DNA from: Nitrospirae bacterium UBA2233
Lineage (GTDB): Bacteria > UBA2233
DNA: 64,000 bases
Reading direction: 5' to 3'
NCBI GenBank assembly: GCA_002347965.1
Contig: DDYN01000041.1
Coordinates: forward strand, 19,043-83,042
The translations under genes were made by a program, and so were the position numbers. The notes below the pieces were generated by a model. That model ran no database searches and was not told where the DNA came from. It saw nothing but the letters and a program-made list of their open reading frames with translations. Shown one piece after another: positions 21,350-29,797 of the stretch. How positions within the stretch are numbered: the stretch's first letter is position 1; each line of letters begins with the position of its first letter.

Positions 21350-22072
21350 TCAGCCCTTGAGCCTGTCGGTTTTCTTCAGGTACCGGGCGGTCAAGTACAA
21401 CGAAAAGAACGCGGCGAAGGCTATGCTCAAGCCTTGCAGCTCAAAAAGCCCGGCAGAAAGCCCTTGATCGACGACGACGTTCTTCATCGTCAAGAAAACG
21501 ACTCCGGCGATCCAGCCAAAGGTTGTTCCGTACTCGGAGGACACAAGCCTCTTCCAGCGAAACTGCATGCTGCGGATCGTGGAAGTCAGCCCTTTTAGCC
21601 TTGGCATAAATCGGGGAACGTTTTGCATGTACGCCCGGTAGGCATCGCCGAACTCTTCTAGGAGGTAGCTCTCCTCGGCCTTGGTAATGCTCAAATAGAT
21701 GAAGAGAAACAACGGGACGCCAATCAGGTAAAATGGCCATGTGTCGGCAACAAAGGCAAACCCGACGACGATCAGCATGTTGCCCAAGTACATAGGGTTT
21801 CGGCAGTGTGCGTAAATGCCTTCGCTGACTAGCCCTTTGGCGTAAATTCGGCCTTGGCGGCCGCCGCGGACGATATAGGCAAGTCCGATCGTCAAGGCGC
21901 GGATAAGCTGGCCCGAGAGAATGAGCGTTAAGCCGGTGGCCCAGTAGAGCCACCTCGAGCCGGCGTGTGCCTCGATGGGCGGCCAGGGCAGCGCAAGCGC
22001 AAAAAAGAACACGGGGAACAGCGCGTTTCGGAAGCGGAAGAAGAACCGGCCTGTCGGAATCATCGCGCTCAC
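21350..22072 (-). CDS. Integral-membrane methyltransferase of the isoprenylcysteine carboxyl / phospholipid methyltransferase (ICMT/PEMT) family
   Basis: Polytopic membrane protein with the family signature 'LVSEGIYAHCRNPMYLGNMLIVVGFAF'. 4-nt overlap with cmoA and a 2-nt gap to bioD. Confidence 0.75.
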   Translation of the reverse strand: MSAMIPTGRFFFRFRNALFPVFFFALALPWPPIEAHAGSRWLYWATGLTLILSGQLIRALTIGLAYIVRGGRQGRIYAKGLVSEGIYAHCRNPMYLGNMLIVVGFAFVADTWPFYLIGVPLFLFIYLSITKAEESYLLEEFGDAYRAYMQNVPRFMPRLKGLTSTIRSMQFRWKRLVSSEYGTTFGWIAGVVFLTMKNVVVDQGLSAGLFELQGLSIAFAAFFSLYLTARYLKKTDRLKG

Positions 22073-22800
22073 TTGACGGCCACAAAACCCATGAAGTTAT
22101 ACCAGCGAAAGAACGTCTCGATCGTTTGAAAACCCGCTTCCTTTAAAAGCTCGACGTTCTCCTCGGGCCTGTAGGGGACAAGCACGTTCTCTAGGGCCTC
22201 CCGCTTTTGGGAAATTTCGAGCTCGTCGTAACCAACGCGTCTTTTGTAGTCGTAGTAAAAACGGATGAAAAGCCGGTTCAAACCCGCATCCGCGGACAGC
22301 ACCTTCTCTACGAGCAGCAAAGCCCCGCCTTTGGCAAGCCCGTCGTATATCGCCTTGAGGAGCGAAGGCCTGTACAGGGGGCGAAGAAACTGCAGCGTGA
22401 GCACAAGCAGCACGACGGAGGCGTTTTCGATTTGAAACGGCATGGAAAGGTCCGCCTCGAAGAGCTGGAAGGGCCTATCCACCCCGGAATTGACGAGCTT
22501 TTGCCGGCATTCCTCGAGCATCGGGGCCGACGAATCCACCCCAACAAGCTCGACATTCTTGTCTAACCCCCTGGAAATGAGCGAAAGCGCCGTTCCCGTC
22601 GAGCAGCCTAGGTCGTAGACGCGCGTTCCGTCCTTGACAAAGGCATGCGCAAGCTCCGCGGTCATCCGCTGGATTTCGGCGTAGTAGGGAACCGAACGAT
22701 CAACCATGTCGTCGAAAGCCCTTACTACCTCCTCGTCGAACACAAAATCACTCAAGCGGCCCTTTGGCTCCTTGAACACCTCGTCTTTGACTACACCCAT
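22069..22800 (-). CDS. cmoA: Carboxy-S-adenosyl-L-methionine synthase
   Basis: Colinear with E. coli CmoA along the whole length: 'FDE.V...F.DM..RSVP.Y', 'GT.VYDLGCS', 'IENAS.V.L..TLQFL', 'GGAL.L.EK' and 'GY.ELEISQKR..LENV'. Confidence 0.88.
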   Translation of the reverse strand: MGVVKDEVFKEPKGRLSDFVFDEEVVRAFDDMVDRSVPYYAEIQRMTAELAHAFVKDGTRVYDLGCSTGTALSLISRGLDKNVELVGVDSSAPMLEECRQKLVNSGVDRPFQLFEADLSMPFQIENASVVLLVLTLQFLRPLYRPSLLKAIYDGLAKGGALLLVEKVLSADAGLNRLFIRFYYDYKRRVGYDELEISQKREALENVLVPYRPEENVELLKEAGFQTIETFFRWYNFMGFVAVK

Positions 22801-22831
22801 ACCGACGCCCTCTTGGATTCCCGACCAATCC

Positions 22832-22860
22832 TCTTGTTTTCAAACCTAAGACGTTATAAT
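22832..22860 (+). promoter_or_regulatory. Possible promoter for the kinase/Trk operon (perfect -10, weak -35)
   Basis: TATAAT at 22855-22860. Only poor -35 candidates are present (TCTTGT at 17 nt, or TTGTTT at 15 nt). Lies 145 nt upstream of the GTG start at 23006. Confidence 0.25.
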
Positions 22861-23005
22861 ACTTCTTGATGTTCCACACTCTCAAGCCCTGCACAAGAAT
22901 GGCTCACCCAAGGCATGCCCCTATTTATGAACAAGCGGCGGCAAGACGCGGCGCTATGCCGTTTCGTACACTTCTCGAGCACGACAAAAAAGACCCTACC
23001 CCCCC

Positions 23006-24865
23006 GTGAGCCTGAAAGCACGCCTCGCGCTCGGCTGCACCTTGATGGGACTCGTCTCGGCCGTCGTCGGGCTTTCCGGGCTTTATGGCATCCAGACGCT
23101 CCAGAGGACGACAGAGCGGCTTTTGACGCGCAACGCCAAGGTCAGCAACGCCGCGGAAAAGATGGTGGCCGCGCTCGAGCGGCAGGACAGCGCCGCCCTT
23201 TTGTACCTTCTCGGGAAGCAAGAGCTCGGAACCCGGCTGTTCTTGAAAAGCCAACAAGAGTTCCTTGGTTGGTATGCAAAGGCCAAGGAAAACGCGATGC
23301 TCGCGAGCGAGACCGGACTGCTTGACGTGCTAGGCACGAAATCCCGGGCTTATTCAGAGGGCTTCTTCAAGCTAGGCGGGCTTGCCCTCGAGGGCTCCAC
23401 AACACCGCGCACCGAGTTCTACCTCTCCAAGATGTACCCCGCCTTCATGGCGGCAAGGCAAGCGGGCAACGACCTCCAGGCGTTGATCCAAAGACAGACC
23501 GAGCGCACCCGTATCGCGCTAAGGGCCCGCTCTAGAAACCTCGCCATGTTCGTCGCACTGGTCTTTTTCGTCGGCAATGCGGCATCTTTAGGGCTCATGA
23601 TGGCCTGGGGTCGCAGGGTTTTTTCAAGCCTTCAAAGGCTGGAGCGTTCCTTGAAAGACTTGGCAGACAGCGGCCATACCGGAAAGATCCCGGCCGAATC
23701 GGCCGACGAGGTCGGGCAGCTTGCATGCGCCTTCAACGGGCTCATTGAGGCCCTCGAGAGCCGGGAGCACCAAAACACCGAGCGCCTCCTTCTGGGGCAA
23801 AAACGCTTAGAGCAGGTGCTCGAGGGTATTAGGGACGGCATTTTGGTTGCGGACGCTTCGGGCACCATCGTGCTCGCCAACAAGGCGGCGGCGGACATCT
23901 GGGGGCTGACAGCGCATACCATCCAAGGAAAGCACCTGCTCGAGCTGAAGGCCGAAGAGCCTTACGCCCTGCTTAAAGAAGCGCTCGGCAGCGAGCAAAG
24001 CCCATCCTCCGCGGCCAACAACCCCCTCCTCGAAAGGACGATGCGCCTTACATGCCCTACGGGAACGTCCAGGCATTTTTTGCTAAGAATCAGCCGGCTC
24101 CATCAGGAGCCTGACGAACCGAGCAAGGCCGTTTTGATCTTCAGCGACATCACAAGGCTCAAAGAGCTCGACCAGCTCAAGACAGAGTTCTTCCAAAGCG
24201 CCTCGCACGAGTTAAGGACCCCGTTGACATCCATCTTGATGGGCGCCGGGCTCCTGGCTGAAAGCGAGCTCATCCCGGAGGGTTCCACGGAAAAGCGCCT
24301 CGTTGCGGCCGTTCGCGAGGATGCCATAAGGTTAAGGCGTATCGTTGCAGACCTTATCGACCTCTCCAGGATCGAGGTGGGCAAGATCCCGATGCGCTTC
24401 GCGAGCGAGAACGCCGCTTCTTTGCTTCAGCAAACCGAGCGTTTGTTCGCGGCGCAGGCCGAGGAAAGAGGAGTAAGCCTTGTCTTGGAGCCTCCTCCCA
24501 GCCCCTTATGGGTATGGGCTGACCCTAAAATCTTGTGGGTGTTCTCCAACCTTGTAGGAAACGCGCTGCGCTACACACAAGAAGGAGGGACAATCCGGAT
24601 TGGGTTGAAAGACCAGGGCGCCTTTGTAGTGTTTTGGGTGTTGGATACAGGGGTTGGTATCCCAAAAGAGCAGCAGGAGGCCATCTTCCACCGCTTCAGC
24701 CAGATCGAGGGCCCAGGGCCATCGGGGGCGCTCGGGATCGGGCTTGCGATCGCGCGCGATGTGGTCGAGGCCCACGGCGGCAGAATCTGGGTCGAGAGCG
24801 CATCCGGTTCGGGTTCCACGTTTTTCTTCACCGTTCCAAAGAGTACTCCGCTTGAGCGGCGATGA
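23006..24865 (+). CDS. Sensor histidine kinase (periplasmic helical-bundle sensor, HAMP, PAS, HisKA, HATPase_c)
   Basis: Two TM segments flank a helical sensor region of about 170 aa. HAMP 'ADEVGQLACAFNGLIEAL', H-box 'SASHELRTPLTSI', G-boxes 'DTGVGIP' and 'GLGLAIARDVV'. GTG start. Confidence 0.9.
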   Translation: MSLKARLALGCTLMGLVSAVVGLSGLYGIQTLQRTTERLLTRNAKVSNAAEKMVAALERQDSAALLYLLGKQELGTRLFLKSQQEFLGWYAKAKENAMLASETGLLDVLGTKSRAYSEGFFKLGGLALEGSTTPRTEFYLSKMYPAFMAARQAGNDLQALIQRQTERTRIALRARSRNLAMFVALVFFVGNAASLGLMMAWGRRVFSSLQRLERSLKDLADSGHTGKIPAESADEVGQLACAFNGLIEALESREHQNTERLLLGQKRLEQVLEGIRDGILVADASGTIVLANKAAADIWGLTAHTIQGKHLLELKAEEPYALLKEALGSEQSPSSAANNPLLERTMRLTCPTGTSRHFLLRISRLHQEPDEPSKAVLIFSDITRLKELDQLKTEFFQSASHELRTPLTSILMGAGLLAESELIPEGSTEKRLVAAVREDAIRLRRIVADLIDLSRIEVGKIPMRFASENAASLLQQTERLFAAQAEERGVSLVLEPPPSPLWVWADPKILWVFSNLVGNALRYTQEGGTIRIGLKDQGAFVVFWVLDTGVGIPKEQQEAIFHRFSQIEGPGPSGALGIGLAIARDVVEAHGGRIWVESASGSGSTFFFTVPKSTPLERR

Positions 24866-25227
24866 TGGAAAAGCCTAAAACCGTCCTCGTCGTCGAGGAC
24901 GACCAAAACACGGCGCTTGCCATCTCCTTGTGCTTGGAAAAGCAAGGCTTTTTGGTCAACACCGCCCACGACGGACTCGAAGCGCTCCTTTTGGCTCACA
25001 AGCTAAGGCCGGAACTCGTCCTTCTCGACATGGTCATCCCAAAGGTCAGCGGAACCTTGGTCGCTAAGGCGCTGAAGGAAGACCCCAGGACCTGCCAAGT
25101 CAAGATCATCGTGATTTCAGCCAACCCGAACATTGAAGGATTCGAGGGGGCAGAGCACGTGCTCATAAAGCCTTTCGAGCCCAATGAGCTCCTCGATGCA
25201 GTCCGCACAACGCTGAACACCGACTGA
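24862..25227 (+). CDS. Single-domain (CheY-like) response regulator
   Basis: 'VLVVEDD', phospho-acceptor context 'LVLLDMVIP' and 'KPF'. ATGA overlap with the kinase stop. Confidence 0.9.
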   Translation: MMEKPKTVLVVEDDQNTALAISLCLEKQGFLVNTAHDGLEALLLAHKLRPELVLLDMVIPKVSGTLVAKALKEDPRTCQVKIIVISANPNIEGFEGAEHVLIKPFEPNELLDAVRTTLNTD

Positions 25228-25239
25228 AGGAGGAATGCC

Positions 25240-25953
25240 ATGGCCAGTTTAGACCCGCGCAAGCCCAGGATTCTCGTGGCGGACGATGAGCCCAACATCC
25301 GGCTGCTGGTCGACCATGCGCTTGGGGTAGATGGCTACGAAGTCGTGACCGTCGTGGACGGCGAGCACGCGCTGAAGAAGTTTTCCGACGGGGTATTCGA
25401 CCTTGTCCTTCTGGACCTGAAGATGCCCGGCCTCGACGGGATGGAGGCGCTAAGAAGGGTCAAAAAGCGCAAGCCTGGCCAACCCGTCATCGTCATGACG
25501 GCCTTCGCCACAGTCGAAACGGCCGCCTCGGCGATGCGGCTGGGCACTGTCGATTACCTACAAAAGCCCTTTACGCCGGAGGAGATCCGCGCTATTGTAA
25601 AATCCGTGCTGACCAGGAGCAGGCTCGTTGCAAAGCCCGCCGAAAGGGTGGAAACCTTCGAAGAGGCCCTGGGAATGGCCAAGAATGCCATCACGCAGCA
25701 TGACTGGACAAAGGCTCCAGAGTACTTGAAACGAGCCTGCGCGCTCGATCCCACGCGGGCAGAGCCGTTCAACCTTTTGGGCGTCGTGTCCGAGATTGCA
25801 GGCGATGTTGCCGAAGCCCAGCGGCTGTACAAGGCAGCGCTTGCCTTGGACGACTCCTACGAGCCCGCACAATTTAACCTTAACCGGACGCTCGAACGGG
25901 CCAGAAGAGGCCGTGATTTCAAGATCGAGAGTGAGCCGTCAGAAAACGCCTAG
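25240..25953 (+). CDS. Response regulator with receiver domain fused to a TPR-like C-terminal domain
   Basis: REC: 'ILVADDEP', 'LVLLDLKMPGLDG' and 'VIVMTA...YLQKPF'. The C-terminal helical repeats 'AEPFNLLGVVSEIAGDVAEAQRLYKAALALDDSYEPAQFNL' are TPR-like. Confidence 0.85.
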   Translation: MASLDPRKPRILVADDEPNIRLLVDHALGVDGYEVVTVVDGEHALKKFSDGVFDLVLLDLKMPGLDGMEALRRVKKRKPGQPVIVMTAFATVETAASAMRLGTVDYLQKPFTPEEIRAIVKSVLTRSRLVAKPAERVETFEEALGMAKNAITQHDWTKAPEYLKRACALDPTRAEPFNLLGVVSEIAGDVAEAQRLYKAALALDDSYEPAQFNLNRTLERARRGRDFKIESEPSENA

Positions 25954-25965
25954 AGGAAATAGCCG

Positions 25966-26628
25966 GTGTACATCCTGATCGTCGGTTGCGGGTCTTTTGG
26001 GAGCGAGATGGCCGATACGCTCTCCCAGGACGGCCACGACGTGGTCGTGATCGACCGCAACGAGCACAGCTTTCGGCTGCTACCAGCCGGGTTCAACGGC
26101 TTAACCCAAAGGGGCAACGGGATCGACGAAGAGATGCTGCGAGAGGCCGGAATCGAACGGGCAGATGCGCTCCTTGCGCTCACCTCTTCGGACTCGGTCA
26201 ACCTGATGGCCGCCCAGATCGCCAAGTCCGTGTTCGGCGTCGAGCGTGTGATGGCCAGGCTTTACGACCACTCGCGTGTCGAGCTCGCCCAGGCAAAGGG
26301 CATCGAACCGCTCTGCTTGACGGACATCGGCGTAACGCAGGCCCGCCATGCCCTAAGGCTAGGCGGCGTGCTTCGGCTGCTCTCGCTTGGCGCGGGAGAA
26401 ATAGAGCTCGTCAGCCTGAACGCCCCCAAGAGCCTTTCTGGCAGGCGTATCGAAGAGCTAGAGCTCAAGGGCAAGTTCCGTATCGCCGCCCTCCTCCGTC
26501 AAGGAAGGGCGCTTCTTGCCAACGCCTCCGATGAGATCCGAGAAGGCGACACGCTCTACTGCCTCGTACGTGTCGACCTAAAGGACGCCATCCCGGAAAT
26601 CTTCGGGATCACCCAGGAGGAACTCTGA
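25966..26628 (+). CDS. trkA: TrkA/KtrA-type K+ transport regulatory subunit (RCK_N + RCK_C)
   Basis: 'ILIVGCGSFGSEMA' Rossmann motif with a C-terminal TrkA-C-like segment. Directly abuts a second trkA-like gene (TGAATG). Confidence 0.8.
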   Translation: MYILIVGCGSFGSEMADTLSQDGHDVVVIDRNEHSFRLLPAGFNGLTQRGNGIDEEMLREAGIERADALLALTSSDSVNLMAAQIAKSVFGVERVMARLYDHSRVELAQAKGIEPLCLTDIGVTQARHALRLGGVLRLLSLGAGEIELVSLNAPKSLSGRRIEELELKGKFRIAALLRQGRALLANASDEIREGDTLYCLVRVDLKDAIPEIFGITQEEL

Positions 26629-27300
26629 ATGCGCTCGATCGTCGTCGGCGGCGGAAAGGTCGGCTACTATTTGGCCCGCGAGCTCAAGCGCGCGGGCCAC
26701 GAGGTGACTCTAATCGAGCGCGACGAAGCACACGCGCGCCGGGTCGCGGAAAAGCTCGACATCGAAGTTATCCTCGGGGACAGCGCCCACCCTCACACGC
26801 TTGCGGATGCCAGGGCGGACGAGGCCGACGTGCTGGCCGCAGTCACCGGCCTGGACGAGGAGAACCTTCTGGTCTGTCAGATAGCCAAGCTCAAGTTCGG
26901 CATCAAAAAAGTGATCGCGCGGGTCAACAACCCGGAAAACGAAAAGATATTCAAGCTCTTGGGACTGGACGAGGCGGTCTCTTCGACCTCGATCATCGCA
27001 AGCCTAATCGAGCGTGAGATCGGCTTTAGCCGCCTCAAAAGCCTCCTTCGTTTGGAAGAAGTGGGGATGGAGTTGATCGAGGTCGAGCTCGAACCGAACT
27101 CCCCGCTGGCTGGCAAAACCATCGAAGCTCTCTCCAAGCACCTGCCCAAGGCCAGCATCGTCGCCACGGTCTTGAGGGACGGCCAAGCCATCCTGCCTAG
27201 GGGAGACACCAAGCTGGAGCCCTCGGATACTCTCCTGCTTCTTGCCAAGCCAGAGGCCAAAGGAAAGCTCGAAGATGCCTTCGGCGAAAAAGCCCGCTAG
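26629..27300 (+). CDS. trkA: TrkA/KtrA-type K+ transport regulatory subunit (second copy)
   Basis: 'IVVGGGKVGYYLARELKRAGHEVTLIERD' plus the RCK_C part 'LAGKTIEAL...ATVLRDGQAILPRGDTKLEPSDTLLLL'. Confidence 0.85.
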   Translation: MRSIVVGGGKVGYYLARELKRAGHEVTLIERDEAHARRVAEKLDIEVILGDSAHPHTLADARADEADVLAAVTGLDEENLLVCQIAKLKFGIKKVIARVNNPENEKIFKLLGLDEAVSSTSIIASLIEREIGFSRLKSLLRLEEVGMELIEVELEPNSPLAGKTIEALSKHLPKASIVATVLRDGQAILPRGDTKLEPSDTLLLLAKPEAKGKLEDAFGEKAR

Positions 27301-27469
27301 GGGCTGGCTTCAAAGGGCATTCCGAGGCCGCTGGCAAGGCGTCGGAGGGGCGAAAATCGCGCTGGGCATCCTCTCGGAGGTTCTTTTCTCGCTGCTGCTC
27401 GCTTTGATGCTCTTCTTATTAGGAAGTATCGTGATCGTGCTGAGGGGCGTGTGGCCAACAGGCCTGTAG
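27275..27469 (+). CDS. Hypothetical small single-pass membrane protein (about 64 aa) wedged between trkA and trkH
   Basis: ORF with a basic N-terminus 'MPSAKKPARGWLQRAFRGRW' and one strong TM 'IALGILSEVLFSLLLALMLFLLGSIVIVL'. Overlaps the trkA end by 26 nt and the trkH start by 19 nt. I recognise no homologue, so it may be spurious. Confidence 0.3.
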   Translation: MPSAKKPARGWLQRAFRGRWQGVGGAKIALGILSEVLFSLLLALMLFLLGSIVIVLRGVWPTGL

Positions 27470-28980
27470 GTCGAGCAAAAAGTAGCGCCGTCGTCTACTA
27501 TGCGGGCTGGGTCACGCTCTGGCTTGGCCTCTCTATGACCATTCCCCTCTTGACGGCCCTAACTTTTCAGGAATGGCCGGACTTTGTGAACTTCTGGGCT
27601 GGAACGGCGCTTGCGCTCTTTGTCGGCCTTGCGATGATCCTTTTGGCCCGGCCCGCCCAAGGGGAGCTTTCTTGGATGGAAGGCTTCGCCGCGAGCGCGC
27701 TTTCCTGGGTCGTTTGCATGTTCCTTGCGGCCTTTCCCTACTACTTGAGCGGTCATTTTGGGTCGTACCTGGATGCCTGCTTCGACGTCATGAGCGGGTT
27801 CACGACGACGGGCCTCGTGTTAATCCAGGACCTCGATCATGCCAGCAACGCGCTCAACATGTGGCGACACCTGCTTACCTTCCTGGGCGGCCAGGGGATG
27901 GTCGTGCTCGCGCTCACGCTGCTAGCCAGGAGCAACCCCGGCGCCTTCAAGCTCTACGCCGGAGAGGCCAAGGATCAAAGGCTTCTTCCAAGCGTCGGCG
28001 GCACGGCGTTGGCCATCTGGGAGATCAGCCTCGTATACCTGCTGTTGGGAACGCTCGCCATGTTCCTGGCCGGCCTCTGGATCGGCCTCCCTCCCGTTCC
28101 CGCGCTGCTCCATGGCCTTTGGATATTCATGTCTGCCTGGAGCACGGGGGGGTTCGCACCCAACTCTCAAAATATCGTGTACTACCACAGCCTACTGTAC
28201 GAGGCCGTAGCCATCCCCATCATGATCGCGGGCTCGATGAACTTCGGCCTGCACTACGCCGCCTGGACGGGCAACCGAAGGGAAATTTTCAAGAACATCG
28301 AGAGTGTCGTGTTCGTGACCGTGCTTGTCCTGACCTTCCTGATCGGCATCTCGGCCCTTCCGCTGCAAGGAGGGCTCGTCGGCCCGCTCGGCGTATTCCG
28401 GCGGGTGGCCTACACGTTCATCTCTGCCCAGACGACGACAGGGCTCCAGCCCGTCTACGCGCCGGCCATGGCAAAAACCTGGGGAGACACGGCGTTGTTC
28501 GGCGCTTCCCTCGCGATGCTCTTCGGGGCCTCGGCCAGCTCGACGGCGGGCGGGTTCAAGGGCATCCGGGTAGGCACCCTCTTCAAGGCGCTGTCCCAGG
28601 AACTCAAGCGTCTGCTAAGGCCCGAAAGGGCCGTCGTGATCGAGAAAGTTCACTTTTACCGGGACGTTATTTTGGACGATACCATCGTCCGCTCAAGCGC
28701 GCTTATCGTGCTCCTGTACATTCTGACGTTCTTCGGGGGCGTTATCTTGACTACGGCCCTTGGCAACCCGATCGCGCTGTCGATATTCGAGGTCGCCTCG
28801 GCAACGGGCAATACGGGGCTTTCGGTAGGCATCACGCAGGCCTCCGAGCCTTGGACCTTGAAGGTCGCGTTTATCTTGATATTCTTCGTTGCCAGGATGG
28901 AATTCATCTCCGTGCTCGTGCTCGTGGGCTACCTTTTAGGAGTGCTTAAATCCAGCGTCTTTTCGTTCGGCAGGCCATGA
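27451..28980 (+). CDS. trkH: TrkH/KtrB family potassium uptake membrane subunit
   Basis: Polytopic protein with four selectivity-filter-like P-loop segments ('SGFTTTGL', 'SAWSTGGF', 'SAQTTTGL', 'SATGNTGLS'). GTG start. Confidence 0.9.
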   Translation: MANRPVGRAKSSAVVYYAGWVTLWLGLSMTIPLLTALTFQEWPDFVNFWAGTALALFVGLAMILLARPAQGELSWMEGFAASALSWVVCMFLAAFPYYLSGHFGSYLDACFDVMSGFTTTGLVLIQDLDHASNALNMWRHLLTFLGGQGMVVLALTLLARSNPGAFKLYAGEAKDQRLLPSVGGTALAIWEISLVYLLLGTLAMFLAGLWIGLPPVPALLHGLWIFMSAWSTGGFAPNSQNIVYYHSLLYEAVAIPIMIAGSMNFGLHYAAWTGNRREIFKNIESVVFVTVLVLTFLIGISALPLQGGLVGPLGVFRRVAYTFISAQTTTGLQPVYAPAMAKTWGDTALFGASLAMLFGASASSTAGGFKGIRVGTLFKALSQELKRLLRPERAVVIEKVHFYRDVILDDTIVRSSALIVLLYILTFFGGVILTTALGNPIALSIFEVASATGNTGLSVGITQASEPWTLKVAFILIFFVARMEFISVLVLVGYLLGVLKSSVFSFGRP

Positions 28981-29462
28981 AACGCGCCCTATTCGCCCTT
29001 TTCCTCCTTGGCCTGCCCGTTCCAATTTTAGGTCAGCCTGTCTCGGTGAATGTAGCATCCCTCCTTGCCGATCCGGCTCGCTACGACGGCCAAAAGGTCT
29101 CCATCGAAGCGGAGGCGATCGGAGACAGGCTCCATGCCAAGCATGGCACCTGGGTTAATTTTTTGGATACGACAGCAGCCGTCGGCTGTTTTTTTCCGAC
29201 AAGCCTCGCAAAGGACATCCGCCACCTTGGAGGCTACGAACTCAAAGGGGACGTCTTCAGGGTAACGGGGGTGTTCCACGCGAGCTGCCCTAAGCACGGG
29301 GGAGAGCTAGACATCCACGCGGACAGGCTGGAGCTGCTCCAGGAAGGGCGACCTACCCCTCACCCGATTTCTCGGGCCAAGGTTGCGCTAGCAGCCGGGC
29401 TATCCTTGGCCTCGGCCTTGCTTGGTTTTGAAATCTCTCGTGGGCGAACAAAGGGCGTTTGA
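28977..29462 (+). CDS. Hypothetical exported protein with C-terminal membrane anchor
   Basis: Signal peptide 'MKRALFALFLLGLPVPILGQ', a soluble domain of about 110 aa and the C-terminal TM 'VALAAGLSLASALLGF'. ATGA overlap with the trkH stop. Confidence 0.6.
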   Translation: MKRALFALFLLGLPVPILGQPVSVNVASLLADPARYDGQKVSIEAEAIGDRLHAKHGTWVNFLDTTAAVGCFFPTSLAKDIRHLGGYELKGDVFRVTGVFHASCPKHGGELDIHADRLELLQEGRPTPHPISRAKVALAAGLSLASALLGFEISRGRTKGV

Positions 29463-29544
29463 CCCGGAAAGGGACCTCCTGTATGCTGAAAAGGCTTTTT
29501 GGGAGTTTGGCCATGCGTTCATTCAAAGAAAAAGGATGGGAATC

Positions 29545-29751
29545 ATGAAGCTTTCTGCCAGGAACACGCTCAAGGGCAAGGTCACGGAAGTAAAGCTCGG
29601 CCAGATCGTGGGCGAGGTCGTCTTGGACATCGGCGGTCAGAAGGTTACGTCAGTCATCACCCGCGACGCGATCGAAGAGATGGGCGTTAAGGTGGGAGAC
29701 GAGGTAAGCGCCGTCATCAAGTCTACGGAGATCATGCTGCTTAAGTCTTAA
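29545..29751 (+). CDS. mop: Molybdopterin/molybdate-binding Mop (single TOBE domain) protein
   Basis: 'MKLSARNTLKGKVTEVKLGQIVGEVVLDIGG.KVTSVITRDAIEEMGVKVGDEVSAVIKSTEIML' is the canonical Mop/TOBE sequence. The upstream part of the 29422 ORF is probably not translated. Confidence 0.85.
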   Translation: MKLSARNTLKGKVTEVKLGQIVGEVVLDIGGQKVTSVITRDAIEEMGVKVGDEVSAVIKSTEIMLLKS

Positions 29752-29797
29752 CCGCCGAAAAACTACGGGTTCAAAACGTCTTGACCCTTACAGTGGC

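Noticed and set aside
22915-23325. A 136-aa ORF upstream of and overlapping the histidine kinase start, considered as a possible small regulator.
   Set aside because: Arg-rich translation with no RBS. It overlaps the kinase N-terminus, whose own frame encodes a clean TM segment. Likely non-coding leader plus a shadow frame.
27573-28949. A 458-aa ORF on the + strand overlapping trkH in another frame. Similar long shadow ORFs occur at 61054-62028(-), 38137-38925(+), 21441-22085(-), 6006-6692(+), 40471-41025(+), 43688-44089(-) and elsewhere.
   Set aside because: All are Arg/Pro/Gly/Ala-rich low-complexity translations with no motifs, and each lies entirely inside a confidently identified gene in another frame or strand. 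This is the typical stop-codon-poor shadow ORF of GC-rich DNA.
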